Below, one piece after another: positions 1-13,230 of a stretch of 64,000 bases of DNA. The number at the start of each line of letters is the position of its first letter. Position 1 is the first letter of the stretch. The DNA is from Octopus sinensis (taxonomy: Eukaryota), in the NCBI RefSeq assembly GCF_006345805.1, contig NC_043003.1:76322001-76386000 (forward strand). Reading direction: 5' to 3'. The notes below the pieces were generated by a model. That model was not told the origin of the DNA. It saw nothing but the letters and a program-made list of their open reading frames with translations, and did no database searches. The translations under genes were made by a program, and so were the position numbers.

Positions 1-163
1 CAATTATGCTTGACAGATTTGGTTTTACCTTTGGGATGGAATGGCAGTGGGATATTTGAGATTGCCTGTCCGAAACACAAGTATTTCAGTAGGTTAAGAC
101 TGAAGTTCCAGACATCCGTGTTCTAATATTTTGTCCTCTTTGGAAATCAGATAAATCCTGCAT
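1..163 (-). mobile_element. Tc1 transposase N-terminal relic, running off the window start
   Basis: The minus strand from ATG at 163 reads MQDLSDFQRGQNIRTRMSGTSV, then (after frameshifts) GKTKSVKHNC. This matches the Tc1-type HTH start M.DLSDF.RGQIVGAR.AGASV...GKT.S.K.N.G. Confidence 0.75.
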
Positions 164-527
164 TTTAACTTAATCTAAGCACAAATAAGATTGTCAAATG
201 GCTATATCATGAAACACAAGGCATATGTAGTGCATATGATTAGATATACAGAAAATAATAGAGTTGAAGATGCCCTATTGCCGATAGCAAGAAATAATAA
301 CAAGCGGGATTTCAATTATTTTGACCAACCCATGTATGTGTTGTTCATCACATGTCAGTATTTATTCCAACTGTTTCTTTACGGCAGTTACATTGAGACA
401 AAATGTTACACCCTGACACATGCACTCACGCACACATACACACACAACCCCCCCCCTACACACACACACACGCAAGTCGTATTTCCGTATATATATATTC
501 TTTTTAGTCAACTATTTCATCAATTAT

Positions 528-720
528 ATTTCTTTACTACCCACAAGGGCCTAACAAGGGCAGACAAACGGATTAAGTCGATTACATCGACCCCAGTGCG
601 TGACTGATACTTAATTTATCGACCCCGAAAGGATGAAAGGCAAAGTCGACCTCGGCGGAATTTGACCTCACAACGCAATGACAGACGAAATACCGCTAAG
701 CATTTCGCCCGGCGTGCTTA
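528..720 (-). mobile_element. tRNA-derived SINE, family A, single copy
   Basis: Reverse complement of the unit ...gcacgccgggcgaaatgcttagcggtatttcgtc...gtcgactttgcctttcatcctttcggggtcga...gtaaagaaat, which recurs at 3928 and 15631-18470. Confidence 0.9.
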
Positions 721-1530
721 ACTACTCGGTTATTTGACTAATCGCTTGACTGATCAATCAGTAGTCTGGCAAGGTTACTGCCGTCTATATTCGCGACCTC
801 ATGAAATAGGTACTCGTATTTCTCCAGGTAAGTAAGTATGGATACATCAAGATAGACCTAGAGTAGCGAAGCTATGCTATAAATGCGTACATAAATGTAG
901 ATCAAAGAACTCTAACAAACTAACTGATTTATTGATTGATAGAACGATTAATCAAACAATTGAATAATTCATTAACTGACGAACACTACAAAAGAATAAC
1001 AACAAGAAATGAAACAGAATAATTTTCCAAGCATTCAATATTAAAAATTATCTAAGAAGTTTCGGAAAGTTAACTTAGTATACAAATGTAGCGGAAGATA
1101 TGTGGACAAGGAATTTTGTGCGAGAAAGAGCTTTCCTTTTCATAGCTTATGATATACGAATTAGAAATAACATACAATTTTAAGCTTCAGCACATGTACG
1201 TATAAACGTATATTATACATCTGTCGGTGTGTGCATGCGTGTACGTATATGTGGTGTTAGGGTGGGGGGCGTGTGTGTGTGTTACTTTAGTAAGTTGTTT
1301 CAGCACTTGTGTTACCCTCTGTATTCAGTGGATCAGCCGATCGTTTGATAAGAATTAATCATGAACACACCCAGGCGTATATCCGAGACCGTCATAAGCC
1401 CATAATGAATATTTAAATGGATATCAACTATTATATCTGTTGATATACATACATATATATGTATGTATGTATGTATTATGAATGTATGTATGTACGTATG
1501 TACGTATGTATGTATGCATGCATGTATGTA

Positions 1531-2655
1531 CAAGGTGTCAAGAAATTAAGGCAACCGAAGTTTAGTGCTTTAATAACAATCAATCCGATAAGATATGAAA
1601 ATTATACATCATTATAAAATCTTAGTCTTATTGTTTCAGACTAAATAAGTTCCGATTTATGAATTAGATAATAGCTATGCACTGAAATACAGTCACATAC
1701 TTCCACAAAGGAGGCAAAAGTTATACATCTATGGCAAAAAAAAGTCTGGAAAATTGTCAAGAAGTGTGAATAGAATGGTTCCACTGCTAATCGACCTGGA
1801 CATAGCCGAAAACGAAATGCGCAGACCACTCAGCTTCTCAAGAGTACCAGGAAAGAATATGGCGAATATCCTCGTCCTTCCGGCAGAAAACGGGCTGCAA
1901 CTGGAAAAATAATCCGAACATCGTTGTATTGAGTTCTAAAGTAAGATCTCTACACCCATTCCTACGACATCACCCCACCCCCATTATGACCTCACGCAAG
2001 TGCATATGGCCATGAGACTAGAGAGAAGACTTATCCTGCGTTTGATTGCTGAATGCATGCTGCCCATCATGGCGTTCACAACAGAAAAGAAATTTCACAT
2101 CGAACAATCGGAAAACCACCCGAATGACCGATTCTAGAGTGTATCTAGTTCCATCGAGGGTAGACTCATAAATTGACGTCAAAATCCACAGTCAATTGTG
2201 GTTTGGCCGACTGTGACAGCCACTTGAGGGTTCCGCTCGTTTTGTAACATCGGGTGTTAACATTAACACCTAGCAATACGTTACCAACATTCTGGGAGCT
2301 AAACCGCTAACTTGGGTAAATGATAGCTTTCAAGGCGCACCTTGAAGATTGCAACGGCACTCGATACAATCCCACTGCTCCAAACAGGCACGTCACTGAA
2401 TTCAGAAAAACATTCTGTCGTTCACAAACAACGATATATGGACCTCAAAATACCTCGATCTCAACCTGTTGGATGTTTCATTGCTCCATTTTTTAGACGA
2501 GGGATTCGAGCATTCCTCACGCTTCGCCCGATTCTCTGAAGGCAAAACTGTGCCAGGAATCGGATCCGATTGTGCAAGAACAGCTGCGTGTCACGTCTAA
2601 AGCATTTGCACCCAGACTTAAGGCCGTGCTTCGAAACAGAGGTAGCCATATTTAA
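1531..2655 (+). mobile_element. Degenerate Tc1/mariner transposon, DD37D (maT)-like transposase
   Basis: Fragments across frames: RPGHSRKR..TTQLLKSTR..PRPSGRK, FTTERKFHIEQSENHPNDR, RQNPQSIVVW, LQRHSIQSH.SK, WTSKYLDLNLLD, and a C-terminus AFAPRLKAVLRNRGSHI* ending at 2655. Many stops and frameshifts. A TIR-like start tacaaggtgtcaagaaattaaggcaac lies at ~1530; no right TIR is seen. Confidence 0.8.
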
Positions 2656-2773
2656 TAAATGTGGTAGTGTCTTAATTATCTTTCTGCATCATTGCGTTAC
2701 AACGGTCGGACCCGGAATATAACAACATTTTGCTGTGGCAAAATAGAAAAACTTTGCTTACCTTAGTTTTGGG

Positions 2774-2840
<67 letters not shown>

Positions 2841-2923
2841 CGTATGGCAAATAAAAGACACATAGCATATGCAAGTGTTGGACAAAATAATGGAAATATC
2901 TTAAAATTTCAAGCAAATTCATT

Positions 2924-3300
2924 TTAGTATGGGCTATGACCGCCTTTGGCAGTAATTACAGCTGGAATGCCACGAGGTATGGACTTGTACAAAGTTTGAA
3001 TTGTTTCCAAAGGAATCTTTTTCCATTCTTCAGCTAAAATAGTCTCCAGTTCTTGTAGTGATCCTGAAGGAGGATATCGATTTCTTACTTGTTTTTCTAA
3101 AATCCTCATAAATGTTCACTAATGTTGAGATCTGGGGAGTGTGGTGGCCAGATAAGATGTTCAACTTCACAAGAATGTTCCTCGTCTCATTCAGTAACAA
3201 CTTTAGCTGTGTGAATTGGTGCATTATCATCCTGAAAAATTGCGTTTCCCTCCGGAAACACATCTGTAACCATAGGATGAATTTGATCAGACACCAGCAT
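2924..3300 (-). mobile_element. Tc1 (DD34E-type) transposase C-terminal relic
   Basis: The minus strand reads DQIHPMVTDVFPEGNAIFQDDNAPIHTAKVVTE*...WPPHSPDLNISEHL, then (frameshift) ILEKQVRNRYPP..SLQELE..LAEEW.KIPLETIQ.LYKSIPR...AKGGHSPY*. Confidence 0.9.
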
Positions 3301-3512
3301 CGGTTGTCAAGCGATGCTGGAGAGACAAACACAGACACACAAACACACACATATATACGACAGGCTTCTTTCAGTTTCCGTCTACCAAATCCACTCACAA
3401 GGCTTTGGTCGGCCCGAGGCTATAGTAGAAAACAGTTAGCCAAGGTGCTACGCAGTGGGACTGAACGCGGAACCATGTTGTTGGTAAGCAAGCTACTTAC
3501 CACACACCCACT
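3301..3512 (-). mobile_element. tRNA-derived SINE, family B, 5' part
   Basis: The minus strand has a tRNA-like head (gtgtggtaagtagcttgc...ggttccgcgttcagtccc), then ccttgg...ctatagcctcgggccgaccaaagccttgtgagtggatttggtagacggaaactgaaagaagc and a CA/TG spacer. Homologous pieces lie at 13060, 22590 and 41325. Confidence 0.85.
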
Positions 3513-3927
3513 CCTGCGCCTATACATATATATTTTATATACATTACATACCTGAATGTTCAAATGCATGTCTTCTAATGAATAAACTACACTAATTAAT
3601 AGCTATGCACAAAACCGAACTTCATTGCTAAATACCTATTAGATATCTATTAAAGAAATATTTGTGTTAACTCATTTTCCTCTCTAGCTTCATACTACAC
3701 CCCCGTCACAGCTGAAACAAAACGGTCTTGTATTTCTGCATATATACATTTCTGAGATTTTCTGCTTCGTGACCATTCCATTTCTTTTTATATCTGCCCT
3801 TTCTATTCCATGTTTTTGTGGATTTTATTCAGCATGCTATATTTTTCTCATGAGGATTTGACCTCTGTTCTGCTTAAATGACCCCCATCTCTAATTAGCT
3901 TCTTAACTTTTGTTACAGATTCGTGCC

Positions 3928-4376
3928 GGCAGAAACGTTAGCACGCTGGGCGAAATGCTTAGCGGTATTTCGTCTTCCTCTACGTTCTGAGTTCAAATTC
4001 CGCCGAGGTCGACTTTGCCTTTCATCCTTTCGGGGTCGGTAAATTAAGCAACAGTTATGCACTGGGGTCGATGTAATCGACTTAATCCGTTTGTCTATCC
4101 TTGTTTGCCCCCTCTGTGTTTAGCCCCTTGTGTGTAGTAAAGACATAGGTATTTCTTCTGCCGTTACGTTCTGAGTTCAAAATCTGCCGAGGTAGACTTT
4201 GCCTTTCATCCTTTCGGCGTTGAGTAATTAAGTGCCATTTACGCACTGGGGTCAGTACAATCGACTTAATCCCTTTGTCTGTTACGCTCTGGGATCAGTA
4301 CAATCGACTTAATCCCTTTGTCTATCCTTGTTTGTCCCCTCTACGTTTAGCCCCTTGTGGGCAATAAAGAGATAAG
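3928..4376 (+). mobile_element. SINE family A dimer (headed unit plus headless unit)
   Basis: A-box-like ggcagaaacgttag and B-box-like gagttcaaattcc. The second unit starts after ...aaagacatag|gtatttc and lacks the head. Confidence 0.9.
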
Positions 4377-4687
4377 CTATATCGCTAAATGCTGTCTTGC
4401 TTCCTGTCTACACACACACACGCACACACACACACAAACACATCTACACACACACATACACACAAACACACACACGTATGTATGTATATATGTATGTATG
4501 TATGTATGCATATATGTAGGTGAGCGTATAAATGGAAATCAGAAACGAAAAATAGCACTAGAAAGCCAAATGTAATTTCACAAGTGCTCATAATCTTCAA
4601 AAAATATTTGGGGAAATTTCATGTAACAGATCATCAAATATAAATTACCTTTCCTCTCTGTTGTTCCGCCCCCCGGAAAATCAAATA

Positions 4688-4737
<50 letters not shown>

Positions 4738-4742
4738 TATTA

Positions 4743-4772
<30 letters not shown>

Positions 4773-4776
<4 letters not shown>

Positions 4777-4973
4777 TAGTTTTATTTTTTTTAGTGTGCT
4801 TTCACTTCACTACCGAGCGCAGCTCCGTGTGCCTTGGGTATGTGCTGTGATTTGTTGTGTTGCTCTGATGGTTATTGTAGTGTTCTGCGTAGGATGTGTG
4901 CAGTGCCTAGTAGTGCAATTTTCTGTATGTTATATGTGTTTGTAAGTCCTGGTGTTTTTATGTATTTGTCTGA

Positions 4974-4974
<1 letters not shown>
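4773..4974 (-). mobile_element. 3' end of an R4/Dong-like (RLE-type) non-LTR retrotransposon, copy 1
   Basis: The minus strand encodes SDKYIKTPGLTNTYNIQKIALLGTAHILRRTLQ* (stop at 4872-4874), resembling the QK..LLGTA.ILR..L* C-terminus of R4-clade elements. A ~100-nt 3' UTR follows and runs into (TAA)n. Confidence 0.75.
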
Positions 4975-5037
<63 letters not shown>

Positions 5038-5078
5038 TATTATTATTATTATTATATTATTATTATTATTATTATTAT

Positions 5079-5279
5079 TCAGTAGTTTTATTTTTTTTAG
5101 TGTGCTTTCACTTCACTACCGAGCGCAGCTCCGTGTGCCTTGGGTATGTGCTGTGATTTGTTGTGTTGCTCTGATGGTTATTGTAGTGTTCTGCGTAGGA
5201 TGTGTGCAGTGCCTAGTAGTGCAATTTTCTGTATGTTATATGTGTTTGTAAGTCCTGGTGTTTTTATGTATTTGTCTGA

Positions 5280-5280
<1 letters not shown>
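5079..5280 (-). mobile_element. 3' end of an R4/Dong-like retrotransposon, copy 2
   Basis: Appears identical to 4773-4974, with a period of 306 bp. Confidence 0.75.
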
Positions 5281-5339
<59 letters not shown>

Positions 5340-5771
5340 TAATTATCAATTTATTTTAATTTAGTCTTACAGCTATTTTCCAGTGCTTCAGCTTTTCACT
5401 GGCAGTAGAAATATTGACCATTTCTTACAATACTGCATAACGCAGTATTTTATTCCACTTTACTTCATTGGTTATTAATGTTAATATTATTTTCTTCAGC
5501 GGTCAATCGCCTTATCCAACAGATTTCATCGATTCCGAAATGTGACTACATTCGTCCAATCAGTTTTAAATGTTTGTTTGCTTATTTGCCAATTGACTTC
5601 CACTTCATCGTTTTAAAGCGTGTGCTGTTCCAAAATTTCATTTCAGTTTTATGATCACTCTCGTGAAACTCGCTGTTACTTAACATTTTCAGCTTCAATA
5701 AACCTCTGCATATGGGTGTGAACGCATGTGTGTGTGCACGTGCAATTATATGTGTTGTATACGTATGTATG

Positions 5772-5829
<58 letters not shown>

Positions 5830-6266
5830 GTGTGTGTGTGTAAATATATATAAGTTATGCATCTATATATTCGTACGTTTACGCACACATTTATAGATAT
5901 ACGTGTGTACACGAGTGTGCCTTTATGAGTGCGTGTATGTGTGTGTGTAGAGGGAGGGAATGAAAGTGATGGCACCTTTCCAGGTACTTAAATCAATGCG
6001 TGCCATTTTGTATTTATAGTTTGTATTCTCTCCTCCCCCTCCCCGTTTCTACCTGTCTCTCATAACACGAAAGACTTAAAAGGCATTTCTTATTTGCATT
6101 AATGTTTGTATCGGAGTTATGCACTTCATGCCTTGCACTGAACGAAAAAACACCATAGATGCAGACACGCACACAATAACATTTATATACGTGTGTGTGT
6201 ATGTATGCATGTGTATGTATATATATATATATATACATGAATATATATATATATATATATACATGA

Positions 6267-6323
<57 letters not shown>

Positions 6324-6327
6324 TATA

Positions 6328-6435
<108 letters not shown>

Positions 6436-9400
6436 CTACATATATATATATATATAAATTAGAATAAAACCACCTTTAATCAATTCAATAATGAAAAATT
6501 AAATTATACCATTTAGAAAAATTACATATTATAGAAAGAGTAAATATAAGATAAAACATATAACGATGATGAAGTAATGTGCAAAATAATATATATATTT
6601 ATATATATATATATATATACATACATAAAAACGTACGCATGTATATATATATATATATACACGCATAAACACATTTGTGCATAAAAATATGGGCGCGTGC
6701 GAGTGTGTGTGTGATTTATATGGTAGCATAGCCGAGACGTTACCTGTTTTGTTTTGCAATCAGCACTTCGTCACATATTGGCTCACTATATCCGGAATAC
6801 TCTGCCTCACTTGCACTGCAATCTTATTAGTAGATGGTTCTGGTGACGGAACACCTGGAAACTCATTGTGAGAAATCATGAATTATCTACTTGCATTTAA
6901 ATCCAGTAGCACTCAATGATCTTAACTTAACTTTAAAAAAAACAATTATACATTAATTGTCTTCATTATTTTTTAGCATATAGACTTAAGAGTAGTTGAG
7001 AACATGAGGGGGAAAAGCATATATGTAAGTGAATTTAATTACAAGAAAACCATGGGAGGAAAATTATAAAACTGAGTTTTTAGACAGTGTTAAAAATAAC
7101 GAAAAGCACGCTGTGTATGAAAATACCCAGTAGCATTTCACGTGTTGTTTAGTTTTCTGGTTCGGTTTAGACATCGTGGTTTATTCCATGCTGGGTTACT
7201 GGCTTTATGTTTACCTGTCTTATTTTTTTTAATATGATTAACTTTTAAGTTTGTTAAATTATCATATTGCAAAGTAAACAACATTTTACTAATGGAAAAT
7301 TTTATTTTCACACATTTTTGTAATTTTGTTCTAATAGACTATTTCAGACGAGTTCATGGTAATTTGAAAATCCCTTCCACTGCAACTGCAACGATTTCTG
7401 CGTTTCAGAAATTACTAAAATATCCTCCCTATCCACAACTAGTTAAACGATCTCTCTCTCCTCTTTCAATTACTCTTACTAAACGTCATATCGCAAAAAA
7501 TAAAATTCACACAATATATTTAGAGAGGGAAATCAATGGATGATCTCATGACAATTTTCGTTTCTGGACAGTCTATATTACTCAGTTGCAGTCACTCCGT
7601 TGGCTCAAATGTCTCAGATCCATTGCCAGCCGTTACACGACATTCACCTCAGCTTAATTTGTGTATGCTTTCACTGAGTATAGATGATGCTGAACACCTT
7701 CAGAGAAGCTCTCGATGTTTCTATGTAGCGTTTTTTCTAAAACCCTCGGGTGCATTTATCGTAGATGACTGCCATTGGCGTCCAGCAATCTGGCATTCAA
7801 ACTTGCAAATAAATGTGTTAACATGTGACATTAATGACCGAGGTTACCGTAGTCTTTTCCGTAGGCTTTTCTTTCCATGGATAAACCTTATCTGCTTCCC
7901 CCTTTACACTTTACATCATGACATTTCTGTGATACACGATCCCTATTGATCGTTTTTTTTCTTTCTTTTTCTTTTTTCTTTTCTTTTTTCTTTTGTTTTC
8001 CTTTCTACGATCCCTTTTGATCGAAAACCCACCCCCCTTTTTTTCTCCCCAAAAAGAAAAGCTCTACTTAATGATTTGTCCCGTCTGTGTCCAGTCCTGT
8101 GTGGCTAATAAAGAAACATACCTTCCCAACTCAGCACATTTGTGACTGCATCAAAATTGTGTGACTGCCCAGAGTTACGAATGTTGTTCTGCCACATTAA
8201 TAAAACAATTTTCTGGAGAGGTTGACGTAGAACGAGATCAGCTCCCTTGTATGCTACTAGCAAACTGTCCAGAGAGCTTCACATGTCTCCAGAATAAAGC
8301 TGCTCTTGTGCTAAATGCAGATTCTGTTGGTGAAAATTATGCCTGCAGTATAAGTATTTCTCGTATTTACTTATTCGTGACTTTTCTTTTGTACTGATCA
8401 TAAGGCCGAAATTATCACAGGTTTCAGAAACTTTGTCATCACTATATTATATATGAGTCTCTGGGGCAGTGCATAGGGCGCAGTCATGGACAAACCTAAG
8501 TTCTCTGATGTTTTCTGTCAAAGGCTTAACACTTGTGCGATTGGAGATTGAACCATAAATATGTACTTGATATCAGTAAAAATATTAGTGCATAAGTGTG
8601 TGTTTATGTGACCATATTGTCTAAATCTGCATGTTCGTGTTATATGAGTGTATGCATTTGTGTATGCATGTGTATTTTCACGTGTAGTGTCTTCATAGAT
8701 GTCTGTTAGAATGGCTGCATAATCTTACTGTACACAAATACGCACGCACTCACCCAAAGCACAAACATGTGAAAATACACATGCACACATAAATACATAC
8801 ATTCATATAACACGACTAAGACGATATAGTGACACAAGCACACACTTATGCATAAAATCAGAAGTTATACGCAGCAACGTTATGCAGAGACTCATACATA
8901 ACAATACACATATTTTCATTATATACTTATCTTCGTTATGAAACCACACATACAAACACATAGCGTTTTTATACAAAGATTTCAACGATAAACTCATCTT
9001 CAATACACACACACCGACACAGGGACACATACGAACATACACATATTAAAGCAAATGTAACTAACAATAACACAATGTGGGAATAGAGAACTGGACAATA
9101 TGCAAACACATAAAAATTGTTTTGGATGAACAAAGTAATATATACATCATAGCAGAGACATAGTTCAGACATCAACTTCGCTCTGGCGAAAGTCCAACAT
9201 TTGTCACAGAATAAAGGTTAAAAAAGCCAAATGTTCCAATTATATTCTACAAGTTTCACCCTTGTTAGCCGGATGCAACGAGATGTTTTCCAACATTATA
9301 CGCTGTCGAATAATGCTGTATGCGGCATCACGTTCTTCTATGTTCCAATCTTCCATTAAAAAAAAATGACTGTTGCCATTCTATAAATAGTTTGCAGATG

Positions 9401-10250
9401 TGCATTTATAACAATTCACTTCTGCTTGTATCGTTTTCTCTTCTCTTTTTGTTCATTTGAATGTTAGTTTTATTTGTCGTACATAGAGGCTTCAAATCTT
9501 TCATAGCTATAGTTGTATTATTTCATGCTAGGACTCATACAGAATTTGGTGGTTTCTGAGAAGAAGGATTTTATCCCGTTCCACAATCTAGAAACCTTCA
9601 AGTCTATTCTGGGGTCATGCCCTTCCAAGTTACTAATGCAAGCTTCATATATTTACTTCCACTATATTTTGGCTTTATTTTACTTACTGGAATAGGTATG
9701 AGCTTTCCTTCCACTATATTTTGGCTTTATTTTACTTACTGGAATACGTATGAGCTTTACTTTGCGTCGTTTTAACGTGTCATACAGCTGTTTTGTTTCT
9801 TTTGTTTTTAGTTCAGTATTTTCTCCCAATATGTGAATTTATTTTATCCTCTCACAAGTGCTTGTTCCTTATTTTCTCTTCGATAAATATTGGATCTTCC
9901 CAGAAAACAAAGAACTGGATGTTTATTTTATTTGTGCCTTGTAGCTGTTCCTAATATTTTATGCTTCTTTGTATTAACTATTTTTGTAGGCTGTAGCTGT
10001 AAATGCGTTCCTAGTATGAGAAAACTCTCGGTGAACTCTCACGTGGAAATCGAGGCGAGAGTGTCCACGTGTTCGAGGAACTCAATCAGTTAGCGTGCGT
10101 TGTAACTCAGTATTTCAAAAGCATATTTTCCCTTAAAATAATTCTCGTGCAGAGTCAGCATGATATAAATATGAGAAGGGTACGGTCCACTCAACAGGTG
10201 TCTGTATATTCTCCTTCCATTCGAACTCATTCACAAGATTTGAGCTGATA

Positions 10251-11118
10251 TATTCTTTATCTAGTGAATACCTCTAAAGGTTTTCTCTTCACGGTAATAG
10301 GTGTTTCAAACAACTTACAATATTTAGTTGACATCAATTTCGTTTAGATCGGATTACAGTACACTGTACTTTGTCTATTTTACCTTGTTTTGTATCGTTT
10401 AAATTATTGCTTTCTCCGTCTCTCTAATCCTTAATCAAAATACTTTCCTTTTATTTTAATTTTGTCTTCATTCTTTAGTTCTTGTTATCTTAAATTTTGT
10501 CTGGTTTCCCCCTTTTTATTCCAACTACACAGATGTCCACTCACCACACACATACACACGCGCATGCACATACCCTCCACATATGCGCGCGCACACATAC
10601 AAACACACACACACACATGGTCTCATACAGTTATATTGATTGACCATATGTATATATTTTGTAACCCTTGTTCGACGGCCTCTTGTGAATGTTCGCTTTA
10701 AAGGTTAGCTAAAAAAAGTATTAACTCGCCGGATAATGGCAACATTAAGATACAAGGGATGATTTATGTTCCTTGTATCAGCTTATTAAACTTAAGTTTT
10801 CTGGTTCTTCCCTTCACTTTGGGTCACGTTTGCATGAAACTATGAAGCAAAACATTAACATTATATACAGTATTTTGCAATATTTCTATAATACTCTAAA
10901 GAAACTGTGAACACTAACGCTCAATATCTGAATATCCTAATCATAGACAGGGGGCAAAGATGAACATTCTGTCAGAATATTTCAACTAAAGCTCAGTCGG
11001 TAAGTAGTTAGAACTCTTCTGTAATGAATGATGTAAAAATATAAATAAAGGAGAAAACTAGAATGGGACCAAAATCAATACCAGTTATATCTACTGAATA
11101 TATGAATAAAGAATATAA
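10251..11118 (+). repeat. Unclassified ~850-bp non-coding block, copy 1
   Basis: Colinear motifs shared with the other copies: ttcacg..aataggtgt, cagtacactgtactttgtctat, aaattattgctt, aatcaaaatactt, ggataatg.caacattaagataca, cattctgtca, gaccaaaa.c.ata.cagttatat. Confidence 0.85.
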
Positions 11119-12819
11119 TATTTGATACCTAAATTCGGCATGGCATATTTTTATTTTGCGCTTCTTCATTCATTTCTCTTCTCATTGTTATAAGGCATCA
11201 ACCGAAAAATCTCTCTCTTCCGTCTCTTCGTTTAGCATATTATCTTCATTGTACACCTTTGTAATTAAGGATTTTGCGCATGTATTTCTACACTTTCTCA
11301 GCCACATACTTTTGCTTGATTGATTGCATGTAGTATGAATTTGTCTCCTGTTTGCTTCGTAACCTGTTCCTTCTATTTGTGGATATTTTAGCTCTCTCTC
11401 TATCTATCTTTATCTCTCCATCTATCTACCTATCTATCTATCTATCAACCTATTCATCTATCTATCTATCAACGTCACTAACTTTCTTTCTATTTATCTA
11501 TTTATCTATATGTCTAGCTCTCTATTTATCTTTCTCTTTTTCTTGGCTTCTAGCTATCATTTTTCGTTTTCTCTCTCTTTCTCTCTTTCTCTCTCTCATT
11601 CTTCCTCTCTTTCCTTATCTCCATATATATGTATGTGTGTATGTGTGTGTGTGCGGGTTGTTTGCGTCTCTCTGTTTGTCGCTGTGTGCGCGTGTATGTA
11701 TGACCACATATTGTTTCTTTTTATATTATTGATTGCTCGAAAGTAGTTAAAACGTGAAACTAATAGTCACAATCTATATAATTTCAGCTTAAGTTATAAT
11801 TTATGGATATATATGTATGTGTGGGTTTGTATGTGGGCATACGCATGCGCACCAAGTAATGCTATATAAAGCAAAATACAAAATACAGCTCCTAAACAAA
11901 ATAGATCAGGATAAACGGAAATCAATAATCATAAAAAACTAATCTGATCTGTTAATGACCTTTTCTCTACTCTCTATAATGACCCTTCCTTTTCCTCTAT
12001 GTAAGAAAATAAATTACATAATAGCAAACCAGAAAATCTATAGTTGGCTGAAAAGCTTAAATATCATTTGCCAACCTTAGAGACTGCTCTCTGTAAAAGG
12101 AATCAAAAATAAAATGAGCTCGTTTCAAGTGTAGTCATGTGAATAAAACTTCGTTTATAATATTTCCAGAAACAGCTGCCAAATAATTGACCTCGGCATT
12201 CAACCCTACTTCTATAATCAGCAACACTACAACAGCAGATATCTATCAGAACGCCAAGTATTGCACCTTGAGGTTATTACACATCATAACAGTATTTCAG
12301 AATGTGAATATCAGAGAATGAAATTATGCTTTGAAACTATGTGTATGTATATGTATGCAAGCAATTATTAGATATTTCTGTACTTTGATGTATATAGCAA
12401 TAAGTTCAAGTTTATAAGAAGCACTTGGGAAAAATTCTCAGGGGTGCACTCTGCAGGAATGTATATGTAAAGGTCGTTGCTAATGCACTCAGTGTAGTGG
12501 ATAACATTGCGTGTTATTGACTGCATTAAGTGAATAACACAATTTTCAAATTCACTAGTGTAGCTATCATGATGACTAAATGTAACTAAATCCCTTGCGC
12601 TAAGTACACAAAATATATATAGTTTTCTTTTAACCATTTTCAGTTGCATTTAATTTACTTTCAAAAGAGATGGTGCTTTTTTGAGTAACGTACTGTTGAA
12701 TAGATATATATGATAAGTGTTGTGGAATGTTGTTGTTTGGCATGGTGTTGTTTTTGTTATTATTCCTCAACTGAATGCAAATAAAACTTATGTAATCGTA
12801 TTTTTTGTTTTGTTTTTTG

Positions 12820-13165
12820 TCTTTTACTTGTTTCAGCCATTGAAATGTTATTATGCTCCGATACCGCCTTAAAGGGTTTTAGTCCCCCCCCCCAAATGGA
12901 CACCAATAATCAGTTTTAATTCTATCGGTTCATTGTATTCAAGCGGTGATGAGGACAAACAGAATGCAAGCACAAGGGCATTCATGCACAAATTAACACA
13001 CATACACACACATGTATAAATAATACGTACATATACATACACACACATATATGTACATAATACGACAGGTTTCTTTCAGGTTCCATTTTCCAAATCCTTT
13101 CACTAGATATTGACCCAAGGCCATAGTAAAATACAGTTGTCCAAAGTGTCGCGCATGATACGTAG
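12820..13165 (-). mobile_element. SINE family B, near full-length and degenerate
   Basis: The head half (13060-13165), a CA-rich spacer and the 3' half ending ...ctgaaacaagtaaaa are contiguous, showing that the two halves belong to one element. Confidence 0.75.
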
Positions 13166-13230
13166 GGTACCAAGTTGACCTAATGTATCAGATGCAAAAA
13201 TTTTAATCGAATATCTCATATGTCTATATC

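Larger units (their letters stand above)
4690..5345. repeat. (TTA)n microsatellite array interrupted by two identical 202-bp inserts
   Basis: Three (TTA)n tracts, read directly. Confidence 0.95.

Noticed and set aside
1-3300. Tc1 N-terminal (1-163) and C-terminal (2924-3300) relics as one element
   Set aside because: On the minus strand the C-terminal piece lies upstream of the N-terminal piece, so they are separate copies.
9655-9760. ~52-bp tandem duplication
   Set aside because: An ordinary local slippage duplication with no further structure.
12170-12345. Possible plus-strand exon NSCQIIDLGIQPYFYNQQHY...
   Set aside because: It has an acceptor and an open frame but no recognisable homology or clear donor; expected by chance at this length.
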